The notes below the pieces were generated by a model. That model was given only the letters and a program-made list of their open reading frames with translations. It did not search any database and was not told where the DNA came from. DNA of 64,000 bases, taken from the NCBI RefSeq assembly GCF_009914755.1, contig NC_060929.1; one strand, given 5' to 3'. Below are positions 13,411-25,050 of this stretch, piece after piece. Numbering within the stretch: the first letter of the stretch is position 1; each line of letters starts with the position of its first letter. This stretch comes from the human T2T-CHM13v2.0 reference genome, Homo sapiens. The position numbers and the translations under genes are program-made.

Positions 13411-14102
13411 TGTAACTGCTTGTTGGGTTCACCTTGCCTGCTGCCTAGACAGAGCTGATTTCTCAAAACAGGGGAATTGCAATAAAGAGTAATTCATGCA
13501 GAGTCAGCTGTGTGGAAGACCAGAATTTTATTATTACTCAAATCAGTCTCCCCAAGCATTCGGGGATCAGAGATTTTAAGGACAACTTTGTGGGTGGGGG
13601 GAAGCCATTGAGTCATGAGGGCTGATTGGTTAGGTAGGAGATGAAATCATAGGAAACTGAAGCTGTCCTCTAGCACTGAGTCAGTTCCTGGCTGGGGATC
13701 ACAAGATCAGATGAGCCAATTTATCAATCTGGGTGGTGCCAGCTGATCCATCAAGTGCGGGTCTGCAAAATGTCTTAAGCACTGATCTTAGGATCAGTTT
13801 TGGGAGGGTCAGAATCTTGTAGCCTCCAGCTACATGACTCCTAAACCATAATTTCTAATCTTGTGGCTAATTTGTTAGTCCTACAAAGGCTGTCTAGTCC
13901 CCAGGCAAGAAGGAGGTTTTTTTTGGGAGGGAAGAGGGCTATTATTGTCTTTGTTTTAAACTATAAACTAAGTTTCTCCCAAAGTTAGTTCAGCCTACAC
14001 CCAGGAATTAACAAGAACAGCTTGGAGGTTAGAAGCAAGATGGAGTTGGTTAGGTCAGATCTTTTTCACTGTCTCAGTTACAATTTTGCAATGGCAGTTT
14101 CA
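13411..14102 (-). mobile_element. LTR8 solo LTR (ERV1)
   Basis: 692 bp, TG...CA, 4-bp TSD gtct at 13407-13410 and 14103-14106; minus strand begins tgaaactgccattgcaaaattgtaactgagacagtgaa. Confidence 0.9.
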
Positions 14103-14529
14103 GTCTCCTTACCTCTGCTAATTCAAGAAACTATTCCCTTGAATTAGCCTAGTTTGAGTGTGCCCTCTGTTTCTGTTGGGACCTGAGTGCTATGGGCCTC
14201 ACAAGCTTCCTCTCTCTTCTGGAGACTTCCATTTATGTTCATGGACCACATCTGATCACATGGTCACAGGTAGCTGCAAGGGAGGCTGGAAAAGCAAGAA
14301 TTCAACTCTTCCGAACTCTATAATGGCAGACAGCAAGGGAGAAGGAGGTTGGGAATTACTGTGGAATCCACCAACGAAAATATCTGCCACCAACAGTAAA
14401 GATGTGAAAATAATTAAACAAACAAGTGAAAAGACTTCCAGGCCCAAGATAGACTCTGATACCCCACCCTCTTGTCAGCTCAGTATTGACCTTTCACAGT
14501 CATGAAGTTGAGCACTCTGGTCAGACGTC

Positions 14530-14870
14530 AGGGCTGCGGGGAACCTTAATGTTCACCTGATCAGGCCCCATATGTATTATTGGAGCCCATTTGGGACAGC
14601 ACTGCTATGTGGCCATCCAGACTCACACATTTACAGGAACAGAAAGTGCACTACTCCAGAGCTCTAATCATTAGAAGGTGCTTTCTCACATAGAGCTGAA
14701 CTCTTCCAAACTCCCTGCCTCTCCTTCTGCTCTGCCCTCGGGGCTAGGGGGTGGGCACAGACAACTGCCTTCTCCTCATGTCAACCCTTACAGATGTGAG
14801 GTCCTGGCATCCTCTGCCTAGGCCTCTTCTTCTCCAGGTTGCATATTTCCAGTTCCTATAGTTTTCTCTT
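14530..14870 (-). mobile_element. L3/CR1 fragment
   Basis: ctctaatcattagaaggtgctttctcacatagagctgaa and cttcttctccaggtt...ccagttcct resemble antisense L3. Confidence 0.5.
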
Positions 14871-15444
14871 GTTCCTGCAATACTGTACAAAGTCCTTTGC
14901 AAAGAAGCCTCAGAGTTGCTTTCTTTTTTTCATTTCAAAGACAAATTTAAATCATTTTCTCCCAAGTAAGCCAGGTTTAGAAACCAGAAATCTAGAATTA
15001 TTGCTGACTCAATTGTCGTGTCTCTGCCATCACCTCACTGCAAAACATTTCTGTCCTAGAGGGATTCACACACAACACGAAGCAGCGAGGGCACTTCTCT
15101 GTCTGAAGCACACTCTGTATCTGCCCTTACAGCTGCCTGCCTGGCTGCACCAGGCAGTGATGGAGGGGCCCTGAAGTCTAATTCACACAATGCTCTGGAA
15201 CCCTCTTATTAAGGCCACTAGATGGAGGGAGTGGACTCAGGGATCATCGGCAGTGCCCAATTAATAGTGTGCATGGTGGAATGGTGTCAATTAGTAATAC
15301 TTATATTGCAGCATGTCCTCCAATCTATTTGTTCAAATATATTAACAACATCTCACGATAGCAAATTAAAAATTAACCCTTCATGGATGTCTCTCCATAT
15401 GCTATGGATGTAGGGAATCATTTTAGGACAGAGACTAACATTCT

Positions 15445-17903
15445 TTTTTTAAATGTTTTTTATTGTACTTTAAGTTCTGGGGTACATATGCTGAATGTGA
15501 AATTTTATTACATAGGCATACACATGCCATGGCGGTTTGCTGACCCATCAACCCATCACCTACATTAGGTATTTCTCCTAATGCTATCTTTCCCCTAGCC
15601 CCCCACCCCCCAGCAGGCCCTGGTGTGTGATGTTCTCCTCCCTACGCCCATATATTCTCATTGTTCAACTCCCACTTATGAGTGAGAACATGCGGTGCTT
15701 GGTTTTCTGTTCCTGTGTTAGTTTGCTGAGAATGATGGTTTCCAGTTTCATCCATGTCCCTGCAAAGGACATGAACTCATTCTTTTTTATGGCTGCATAG
15801 TATTCCATGGTGTATATGTGCCAAATTTTCTTTATCCAGTCTATCACTGATGGACATTTGGGTTGGTTCCAAGTCTTTGCTATTGTGAACAGTGCCACAA
15901 TAAACATACGTGTGCATGTGTCTTTATAGTAGAATGATTTATAATCCTTAGGTTATATATCCAGTAATGGGATTGCTGGGTCAAATGGTATAGTTCTAGA
16001 TCCTTGAGGAATCATCACACAGTCTTCCACAATGGTTGAATTAATTTACACACCCACCAACAGTGTAAAAGCATTCCTGTTTCTCCACATCCTCTCCAGC
16101 ATCTGTTGTTCCCTGACTTTTTAATGATCACCATTCTAACTGGGTGTGAGATGGTATCTCATTGTGGTTTTGATTTGCATTTCTCTAATGACCAGTGATG
16201 ATGAGCATTTTCTCATATGTTTGTTGGCTGCATAAATGTCTTCTTTCGAGAAGTGTCTGTTCATATCCTTTGCCTACTTTTTGATGGGGTTGGTTTTTTT
16301 TTTTGTAAATTTGTTTAAGGTTTTTGTAGATTCTGGATACTAGCCCGTTGTCAGATGGATAGATTGCAAAAATTTTCTCCCATTCTGTAGGTTGCCTGTT
16401 CACTCTGATGATAGTTTCTTTTGCTGTGCAGAAGCTCTTTAGTTAAATCAGATCCCATTTGTCAATTTTGGCTTTTGTTGCAATTGCTTTTGGTGTTTTA
16501 GACCTGAAGTCTTTGCGCATGCTTATGTCCTGAATGGTATTGCCTAGGTTTTCTTCTAGGATTTTTATCGTTTTAGATCTTACATTTAAGTCTTTAAACC
16601 ATCTTGAGTTGATTTTTGTATAAGGTGTAAGGAAGGGGTCCAGTTTCAATTTTCTGCATATGGCTAGCCAGTTTTCCCAACACCACTTATTAAATAGGGA
16701 ATCTATTCCCCATTGCTGGTTTGTGTCAGGTTTGTCAAAGATCAGATGGTTGTAGATGTGTGGTGTTATTTCTGAGGCCTCTGTTCTGTTGCATTGGTCT
16801 ATATCTCTGTTTTGGTACCAGTACCATGCTGTTTTGGTTACTGTACCCTTGTAGTATAGTTTGAAGTCAGGTAGCATCATGCCTCCAGCATTGTTCTTTT
16901 TGCTTAGGATTGTCTTGGCTATGCAGGCTCTTTTTTAGTTCTGTATGAAGTTTAAAGACGTTTTTTCCAATTCTGTGAAGAAAGTCAGTCGTAGCTCGAT
17001 GGGGATAGCATTGAATCTATAAATTACTTTGGGCAGTGTGACCATTTTCATGACATTGATTCTTCCTATCCATGAGCGTGGAATGTGTTTCCATTTGTTT
17101 GTGTCTTCTCTTATTTCCTTGAGCAGTGGTTTGTAGTTCTCCTTGAAGAGGTCCTTCACATTCTTTGTAAGTTGGATTCCTAGGTATTTTATTCTTTTTG
17201 TAGCAATTGTGAATGGGAGTTGACTCATGATTTGGCTCTCTGTTTGTCTGTTATTGGTGTATAGAAATGCTTGTGATTTTTGCACATTGATTTTGTATCC
17301 TGAGACTTTGCTGAAGTTGCTTATCAGCTTAAGGAGATTTGGGGCTGAGACGATGGGGTTTTCTAAATATACGATCCTGTCATCTGCAAACAGAGACCAT
17401 TTGACTTCCTCTTTCCCTATTTGAATACACTTTATTTCTTTCTCTTGCCTGATTGCCCTGGCCAGAATTTCCAATACTATGTTGAATAGGAGTGGTGAGA
17501 GAGGGTGTCCTTGTCTTGTGCTAGGGCTTCCAGTTTTTGCCCATTCAGTATGATATTGGTTACGGGTTTGTCATAAACAGCTCTTATTATTTTGAGATAC
17601 ATTCCATTGATACCTAGTTTATTGAGAGTTTTTAGCATGAAGGGGTGTTGAATTTTGTTGAAGGCCTTTTCTGCATCTATTGAGATAATCATGTGGTTTT
17701 TGTCATTGGTTCTGTTTATGTGATGGATGACGTTTATTGATTTGTGTATGTTGAACCAGCCTTGCATCCCAGGGATTAAGCCGACTTGATTGTGGTGGAT
17801 AAGCTTTTTTATGTGCCGCTGGATTCAGTTTGCCAGTATTTTATTGAGGATTTTTGCATCGATGTTCGTCAGGGATACTGGCCTGAAATTTTCTTTTTTT
17901 GCT
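15445..17903 (-). mobile_element. 5'-truncated L1PA (L1PA7/8-like), about 2.46 kb, disrupted ORF2 RT and C-terminus plus 3'UTR
   Basis: Perfect 15-bp TSD agagactaacattct at 15430-15444 and 17904-17918; ORF fragments with [22 protein letters not shown] and [10 protein letters not shown]; broken by stops and frameshifts. Confidence 0.97.
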
Positions 17904-18259
17904 AGAGACTAACATTCTAATTAGAGGAGTCTCAGCTCCTCCGTGGATCCTGCCACAAGGGCAGGAAAAATGGGAGAGATAGAAGAGATGAGTGGGTCAT
18001 TAGGCAGCAAGCTGAATTAGAAAGAGGCTGGAGTGAGGATGAAGCCAAAAGGATGCGGCAGACATGTTGGTACAGGGGCAGAGAATGGGCCAAAAGGCCT
18101 TTCTGTGGGCACAGCTGTGGGGCTGGCCAGCCCAGGAAATAAATCCTTAAACTCTGGGTCTGTGGAGGGGCATTACTGCTGAGCATGGAGCAGTGTACCT
18201 TGAAGCAGGTGGCTTCAAGAAGGATTTGAATGGATTCTGGCTCAGCCTGGACTCATAGA

Positions 18260-18430
18260 ATGCCAGCATTAGGTATGACCTTGAGGAGCTCAAGTCCAAC
18301 TCTCTCGATTGTAGACAAGGCAATGGAAGCCCAGATAGGCTAAATGATTTGTTCCAAAGCACAGGGATAATAAGTAAGGCAGCTGGAGTGGAGGGCAGGA
18401 TTTCTGATTCCACATGTAGTGTGCTCTCCA
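18260..18430 (-). mobile_element. MIR fragment
   Basis: actcatagaatg...tcaagtccaac...aaatgatttgttccaaagcacag. Confidence 0.55.
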
Positions 18431-18489
18431 TTGCATGAAGCCACTCCATTGTTATTTTGTTGTCTATTTTATTTATGAAATGTTTTAGG

Positions 18490-18720
18490 TCACTCACTCA
18501 ACAAATATCTATTACAAATCAGACACTGTGCTGGGAATAAATACAAAGTTGCCCCCCACTCACACACTGCTCTCGCCAAAGGAGTTCACAGTGTTGCAGG
18601 AAAGGCCAGTAAGAATAAATAATTACAAGCAATGTGATGTGAGCCACCATAGGGGTCAAGAATATGTGAGCCATGAGCACAGAGGAGGGATCTAGGGTTA
18701 GTGATGGCTTCCTGAAGGAG
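18490..18720 (-). mobile_element. L2 fragment
   Basis: cactcactcaacaaatatctatt...cagacactgtgctggg...ggcttcctgaaggag. Confidence 0.65.
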
Positions 18721-18829
18721 AATCAATATAACAAAAATTCATTTTCATAATTATTATGCTTTAATTTAATCTCAACAATGCTAGACACTGGAAATAGCCC
18801 AACAGCAAAAGAAGGGTAAGCTAGGAGAA

Positions 18830-19060
18830 GGCAGTCTGGCACACAGGTGGGGAGCATGATGCATGGGCTTTAATTCAGGCAAACCTGTCTTCAATCCCAT
18901 TCTGCATTGCTTCTGCACTGGGTGGTTGTGGGCAGTGATGTTTGCTCATTGGTCAGGTGGGGCCAATAATACCACATGGTGTTGTTGCTAGGATGAAATG
19001 AGAAGAGGCAGGTCATGAATTTAGCATAGTCAGGCACATAGTCGGCCCTCGATCAGTGCA
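18830..19060 (+). mobile_element. MIR
   Basis: aataataccac...gttgttgctaggatgaaatgaga...agcatagtcaggcacatagt. Confidence 0.65.
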
Positions 19061-20180
19061 GGCTTTGGGTGACTCTTGACTCACGTGGATTCCAGGTTCT
19101 GTGGCTCCAGCTGCCTATTTGGTTGGCTTTAAGAACGAGTACTTTCCCCAACCCTCAGCCTGCCCTTCATTTGAAGTGGTGAGAAGCCTCTGAATTCACA
19201 GCCTCTGAGAGCATCAACCTGTAGCTTCCCTGAGAAGAGACTACTGCTGGGAGAACAGCTGCTTCCAAAAATTCTGATGTGCTTTCTCTCTCGCTCAAAG
19301 CCTGCCGTGTTAATTAGGAAGACTGCATGCGTGAACACTTGGCTTTTCTTTGCTTTTCTTTTTTAATCTCTTAAAAAAAAAACCGTCTTTTGATCAGCAC
19401 CGTGAGTAAATTGCGAAGTCTCGAGTCTTGCAAAGATGTGTTAAGAATATGAAGAAGGTGCTGCCTCCTTTGACAACTGCCTCTGCACACCCTGAGATGG
19501 AGTTTCAGGGCATCTTGTCCTCTGTTCTCGGTTCCCAGATGGCCTTGCACCTGGAACAGCTCTCCTACTTTCTGCTCCCACCTGAGCCCAGCCCTAACGA
19601 GTTTGTGCAGAATTAGAAAGGTCAGGCCTAGCAGGTCCTCTCAGAAGCATGGGAGAGCTTGCTGATAAGTGGCGACCAGGTGAAACAGACTTCACCTGGG
19701 TCTGAGGCAGCCTAGGCTCACGTGATAAGGCTGTGGTTTTCCGGAGTCCTGGGAACTGCCCTGACAATGACCACCTGGGTTCACTTCCCTTGGGAGAGGG
19801 GAGGTGGGGAGGTGGGGAGTTAGGTGGGGGGAGCATTGCACTGCAGAATGGGAAGGACAGAGGTCAGAGCTGCTAAGCAGGTGTAAAGGAATGTGGAATC
19901 AGGGTTTCAAACTTCTATCTTCCTTTTGCTCCCCTATCAATTACTCTGACCTTGTTTTGTGACTACAGGAATCAAAAGAGGATGTACATGCCTAGATTTC
20001 TCTCATGCCACTCCCAAAGCAGGATTTAGGATTTTCTTGTATCCCTTAAAAAGAAAACTCACACTACAGGCATTCGTGAAAAATGTAGACTTTACTGATG
20101 ATTTATAGTTGGCCAGAGAGGGTCTATATTACATAGCACATGGAATTTCATGAAAGAAAGAAAGATATGTATTAGACATT

Positions 20181-20280
20181 TGTGTGTGTGTGTGTATGAG
20201 TGCGATTGAAAGGGAGGGAGGGAGAAAAGTAGAGAAGAAGGAAGGAGAAAGGAAGGAAGGAAAGAAAGAAAGAAAGAAAG
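20181..20280. repeat. (TG)n followed by GGGA/GGAA/GAAA polypurine tract
   Basis: Read directly from the sequence. Confidence 0.9.
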
Positions 20281-21444
20281 ATGAGAGCAAGAGATTAGGG
20301 TCTCTTCTCACCAGGATCGTGCTTTTCTGAAGTCATACTTCTCTGTGTTCAGCCCCAGGGTTTCCCTCTCTCTACAGTGCTACTCCATGAAGCCTCCAGT
20401 TCTCCCTTTATTCCTGTCTGCCATTCTGAGAACTTTCTGAAAGACCTCTCTATTTCTTCCTGTCTGATCTGGGCATTTAGCTCAGGCTCCTCCAGCTTGC
20501 ATCTCCCCTCTCACCATTGGCTCAGTCTCCCCCAGGCCTCAGTCCTATACCTGGCTTCCCTGGGCCCTCCGGCTCCCTCCTCTCCCTCTGCGTTTCTGCT
20601 GGGCTCCTTGTAAATGGTGCAGGCCCCTTTTGTCTTTTCATGGTGCAAAAACATTTCTATTTCCCAGGACCCACGAAGTTTTATTCATGGTTGCTTTTTT
20701 TTTTTAAAAAAAGAAAATTTAGAGAGTTTCTTCAGCTCATAAAGAAAAATCACCAAAAGATACTCTGATCTGCCTTCCAAATAAACATAGAGTAACTATC
20801 TAACAAATGTAGTGCAACTAATCATAGCAAATTAGCTTTTCTGGTACAAAACAGTCAGTCAAAATATGCTGGAGGCCTTGTGCTATCCAGATTCTTTCTT
20901 GGAGTAAAGCGAAAGACATGGCTTACGTAGCCTGCCCCTCCCTCTCTGTCTTGGCTGTCGGTGCAGTGTATCCAGGTATTAACTTTGCTGGGGGTGGGTA
21001 TTTATCAGACAGCTGTGTCATAGGAAAACACCCGTGCCATCTTTCTGCTCAGCATAGCACTGAGGAAGGTGGTCCCAGGACCGTCTGTACCTATCTATCA
21101 CCCTCAGGTCTGGACTCCACGCTGTGATTCATCACCACGCCCTCTCAGAGCTGGGGGCAGGTAATCTGGGCAGGGACATGAGAAATGGCCTGCAGTTTGT
21201 CAATGGCAGTGATCCAACACATTCGCTCATGGGATACGTCAGCGTTCAGAACGTAATAGCCTGCAACCAAGAAAATGAAATGTTTGAATTAGTCCATGAG
21301 AATTTAAGTTGAAACAAAAAGTGGTGTTGGATAAAATTTTCTTCAAGAATTTTGTTTTTCTTTGGAGAAAATGAAGATCTAGTTTTTGATTGACATGACA
21401 GAGCCCAAGCATACAACCCACTCATTTCAGGAGTTGACTTGCAA

Positions 21445-21570
21445 TTTTATACATACATATATATATATAAAAAATATGCGTGTACATATAACATTATACA
21501 TTATATAAATAGATATAAATTATAATACAATAACATATATTACTCTATATATCACTATCTATAGACATAG
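21445..21570. repeat. TA-rich low-complexity tract
   Basis: Read directly from the sequence. Confidence 0.8.
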
Positions 21571-22272
21571 ATCATTTCAATAACACTTTTCATTAAGTAT
21601 ACCCACCCCCTTCCCAGCTTTCTTACAGGTGTCTAAGAGTGTGTTTGTTGTTCCCGTTATGGAACAATAATCAGAAAAGCTGGCAGACTGAAGACTAACC
21701 CCAGATTGCAGCTGCTTTGGGAAGAGAGGACAAAAGTATCAATTTCATGAAAGTTTAGCTGATGACAACCAAGCAGTGTATTTCCAACCTCCATTTCCCC
21801 ACGTGGCTTTCTGAATTCCTCTCCCCACCAAGAGGCACAGCTCTGCAGGGCTGCAGGTTCTCGCGCAGAGAAATGCAAAGCTGAAAGCCTGACGCCTGGG
21901 CTCAGTCCCGCGTGCCCCTCCCGGCAGGGCACGCACTCTCAGCCAGTTGAGCTAAGTGCCTGGGGCCTAGGAGGGGAGTATGCAGAGGCTTGGGGTGGAG
22001 GTGGTGCAGGGCCCGGAAGACTGGGAGGGCCTCCCTTTGTCTGTGCCAACGCAAAGCAGGATGGTTCCCAACCATGTGGCTCCCCTTCTCTGAGGCTGCT
22101 TCTCCTCATGGGGTTAATTATACCAACCTGAATCTCAGGGAGTGTGAATTAATTGCCAAACACTTTACAATTATCAGGAGCCCACGAGGTGCTTCACCAC
22201 CATAAAGCATTACATCTAATTATTGTTCATAATTATAAAGGTTCAGAAGCACTAAGGTCTCCCATGGCAACC

Positions 22273-22274
<2 letters not shown>

Positions 22275-22306
<32 letters not shown>

Positions 22307-22346
22307 CTCTCTCTCTCTCTCTCTCTCTCTAAATCACACACACACA
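22275..22346. repeat. Compound microsatellite (CA)14(CT)14 aaat (CA)6
   Basis: Counted from the sequence. Confidence 0.95.
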
Positions 22347-22842
22347 GTGATAGACTTTTTCATTGCAGTATTAAATGCAGCTCATAAACCTGCCATATTA
22401 TTGGGTAAATATTTATTTTTATAAGCTGAGATAAGTGGTCAACTCTGGGGTAATGATTCCTTTTCTAAATGCTTCAGACAGACCAGGCCCTCAGTCTGAT
22501 GACAGGCACAGGGCTCTGAGCATCAGCCAATGCGACTCATGTAATCTACAGCAACATCTTTATCAGATAGACATGATGAGGACATGAAGTGTGATTATAT
22601 TTTTATGGCTTGTCAGTAAAAATTAAAATATCCTGATTGAAAGTGTTATAAAAATATAGCAAAAGCATATCCCTAAATAAACAGTGTAGGAGAATCTAAA
22701 CCATCCTTCAATTGAAAGGCTGATTTACAGGGAGATGATGTGTCTCAAAACAAAAGCACAAGGGTATGAGACTTGGCAAGTTATCAGTTTGGCTTACTGA
22801 CTGTTGAAATAAAAGTTCAGTATAAAAGCAGTTTGACATATA

Positions 22843-23454
22843 CAGCCATCCCTTGGTATCCACTGGGGATTAGTTCCAGGACCTCCCATGGATGCCAAAA
22901 TACACGGATGCTTAAGTTCCTGAAACAAAATGGTGTAGTATTTGCAACCAAACACTGCATGTTCACACTCATAGGTGGGAATTGAACAACGAGAACACTT
23001 GGACACAGGAAGGGAAACTTCACACACTGGGGCCTGTCATGGGGTGAGAGGAGCAGGGAAGGATAGCATTAGGAGATATACCTAATGTAAATGATGAGTT
23101 AATGGGCATTAACTCGCTATGGGCACACCAACATGGCTCATGTATACATATGTAACAAACCTGCACGTTGTGCACATGTACCCTAGAACTTAAAGTATAA
23201 TAAAAAAAAAAGAAAGGAAAAAAAGGTGTAGTATTTGCATATAACCTATGCATATCCTCCTGTATACTTTAAATCATCTCTAGATTACTTGTAATACCTA
23301 ATACAAGGTAAATGTTGTGTACAGAGTTGTTATGCTGTATTATTCAGGAATAACGACAAAGAAAAATGTCTGTACATATTCAATACAACTGTAACTTTTT
23401 CCTCCCAAATATTTTCAATCTGCTGTTGGTTGAATCCATGGATACGGAGAGCTG

Positions 23455-23457
<3 letters not shown>
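22843..23457 (+). mobile_element. MER2 (TcMar-Tigger DNA transposon) split by an L1 3' fragment
   Basis: ta-cagccatcccttggtatccactggggattagttccagga start; gtagtatttgcatataaccta...tcatctctagattactt...gttggttgaatcc end. Confidence 0.9.
22947..23224 (+). mobile_element. Heavily 5'-truncated L1PA (PA4-6-like) 3'UTR with polyA
   Basis: cataggtgggaattgaacaa...gtaccctagaacttaaagtataataaaaaa; TSD ggtgtagtatttgca at 22932-22946 and 23225-23239. Confidence 0.95.

Positions 23458-23458
<1 letters not shown>

Positions 23459-23492
<34 letters not shown>
23459..23492. repeat. (TG)~17 microsatellite
   Basis: Read directly; abuts the MER2 end. Confidence 0.95.
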
Positions 23493-23496
<4 letters not shown>

Positions 23497-23651
23497 GCTT
23501 CATTTCATGCATGGTTGTGGTGCCATCAGTGGAATGAAATCAACCTCATTCACATGGAAGTACTTAAAATTCAGCCATGTGTCTAGTCTGGGGCATCTGC
23601 TGTATGAAGTTTCCTAAAGGGAAACTTGGTTTTATAATAGATGTCTGGAAA

Positions 23652-23653
<2 letters not shown>

Positions 23654-23710
<57 letters not shown>
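23654..23710. repeat. Pure (CTG)19 trinucleotide repeat followed by CTA CTG
   Basis: 57 nt counted from the sequence. Confidence 0.98.
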
Positions 23711-23712
<2 letters not shown>

Positions 23713-24429
23713 ACTGGAGAAGTCTTGTTTGGATGCTCTCCCCACTACCATTTGGTTGAGGAGTATATTGGTGGGCTTTGTAGTTACTAGCGGGGACTTG
23801 GCTTTCTTCTGTTCTGCATACCTGGAGCCTAGAGCTAATTTCCTCCATGAATTTCCTCCTGGGAGAAGAGCAATTCCGGCTGCTTTGCTTGACTGGAGTG
23901 TGGAGAGAAGAACACTAGGTGCTTCTGGTAAAGTCTTTGGGTCTGGGGTGATGGCCAGTGCTCTTAACTCCAGCCCACTGACCCAGTGGGGTGGAGCGAT
24001 GCAGGTAGCAAAGGACAGACAGTAAAGCCTGACCATGAGCCAAAGGAGGAAAAGCTAACAAAGAAAAGAAAAGAACCACGGTGCTCTAGTGAAGGTGCAT
24101 TCCTGAAGAGCCGGCTTCTTTGACTGTGCCAAGTGACCAGGTCTGGTGACTCTGTCAGTCAAAAGCACATGATAGGTATACTTTACCTGTACTGTCCAGG
24201 GAGGAATTGCAAAAGAAATAAAAATAAAAAATAGGCCTGCCTCACAATAGGTCCCAGACTAGATGTGATAAATGGGAATGGGAGCTGGAGATCCAAATGG
24301 AAAAAGACCTCAATAGGCTACAAAAAAAAAAATTGATAACTAGTAGTGAGTTGATCAAGGGCAGGTGATTGTGGAGCTGTGGCCTGCAATCAGAGCTGAG
24401 GTGTGGTTCATGAGGCTCTGCACAGGTAA

Positions 24430-24670
24430 GAGGGGCAGTGTAGAGTAATGGTTGGGCTGCACAGACTTGAGCTGGAATCCTAGCTCAGCTACTTTACCAG
24501 TGACTTCACCTTGCCAGCCCTCAGTTTCCTCTTCTGCAAAATGAGGGACAATACAACTGGTATATCTTAAGAAATCATTATGAGAATTAAATGAGCTATT
24601 GTATGTAAAATATTTGCCACGTTGCCTGACACACGGTGAGGGCTCCATAAATATTAGTGATCACTAATGT
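24430..24670 (+). mobile_element. MIR
   Basis: gaatcctagctcagctact...cctcagtttcctcttctgcaaaatgagg...gaattaaatgag. Confidence 0.85.
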
Positions 24671-24789
24671 TAATCAATAAGTTTGAAAAAGCGGAGAGAT
24701 GTAGATGAGTAATGGGAGAATATATAGGTTAGAGACATTAAGATTTAAGAATGGGGCAGTGTAATAATTGCTTACTGTCTTAGGTAAGT

Positions 24790-25050
24790 GTTGAAGTATA
24801 GGGTTTTACAGCTTGGACTCAGACTAAGATTGTCTGGGTTTGCATTCTGACTGCCTCTTACTAGATGTGTTTGGTAAGTTATTTACCTCTTTGTGTCTCA
24901 GTTTGCTCCTTTGTAAATGGCAATTATTATAATAATATCTACCACATAGGACTCTAATGAGAAGGAAATGAGTTAAGTTGTAAAACACTTGGAGCAATGT
25001 CTGGCACAAAGTCAGTGCTATATAATAGTGGTTATTATCATTGATATTAT
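24790..25050 (+). mobile_element. MIR
   Basis: ctgggtttgcattctga...ggtaagttatttacctctttgtgtctcagtttgctcc...tctggcacaaagt. Confidence 0.85.

Larger units (their letters stand above)
12490..14192 (+). mobile_element. LTR33 (ERVL) split into three pieces by MLT2A and LTR8
   Basis: tgcccaggaggctga, aaggccacagctcct, ctagggatggg...tactagccttggg, and terminal tttgagtgtgccctctgtttctgttgggacc. Confidence 0.7.
12400..14390 (-). mobile_element. Ancient MaLR LTR (MLT1K/N-like) in two pieces, about 12400-12480 and 14200-14390
   Basis: catgatcacaagatggctgccacacttccaggcatcgcatc, then cacatggtcacaggtagctgcaagggaggctggaaa. Confidence 0.55.

Noticed and set aside
15213-15231. CTCF-like motif ggccactagatggaggg
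   Set aside because: It mismatches the conserved GGC end of the core; one imperfect hit in 64 kb is expected by chance.
15665-17767. ORFs with reverse-transcriptase motifs (FADD) as a possible novel RT system
   Set aside because: They are ordinary fragments of L1 ORF2 in a truncated, frameshifted L1PA bounded by a TSD.
23600-23760. Assigning the CTG tract to a known expansion locus (TCF4 CTG18.1, ERDA1, DMPK, ATXN8OS)
   Set aside because: I could not match the flanks to any of these with confidence; it needs a genome search.
23577-24036. Poly-Cys and poly-Ser ORFs as real proteins
   Set aside because: They are translations of the CTG/CAG tract with no other protein-like features or exon structure.
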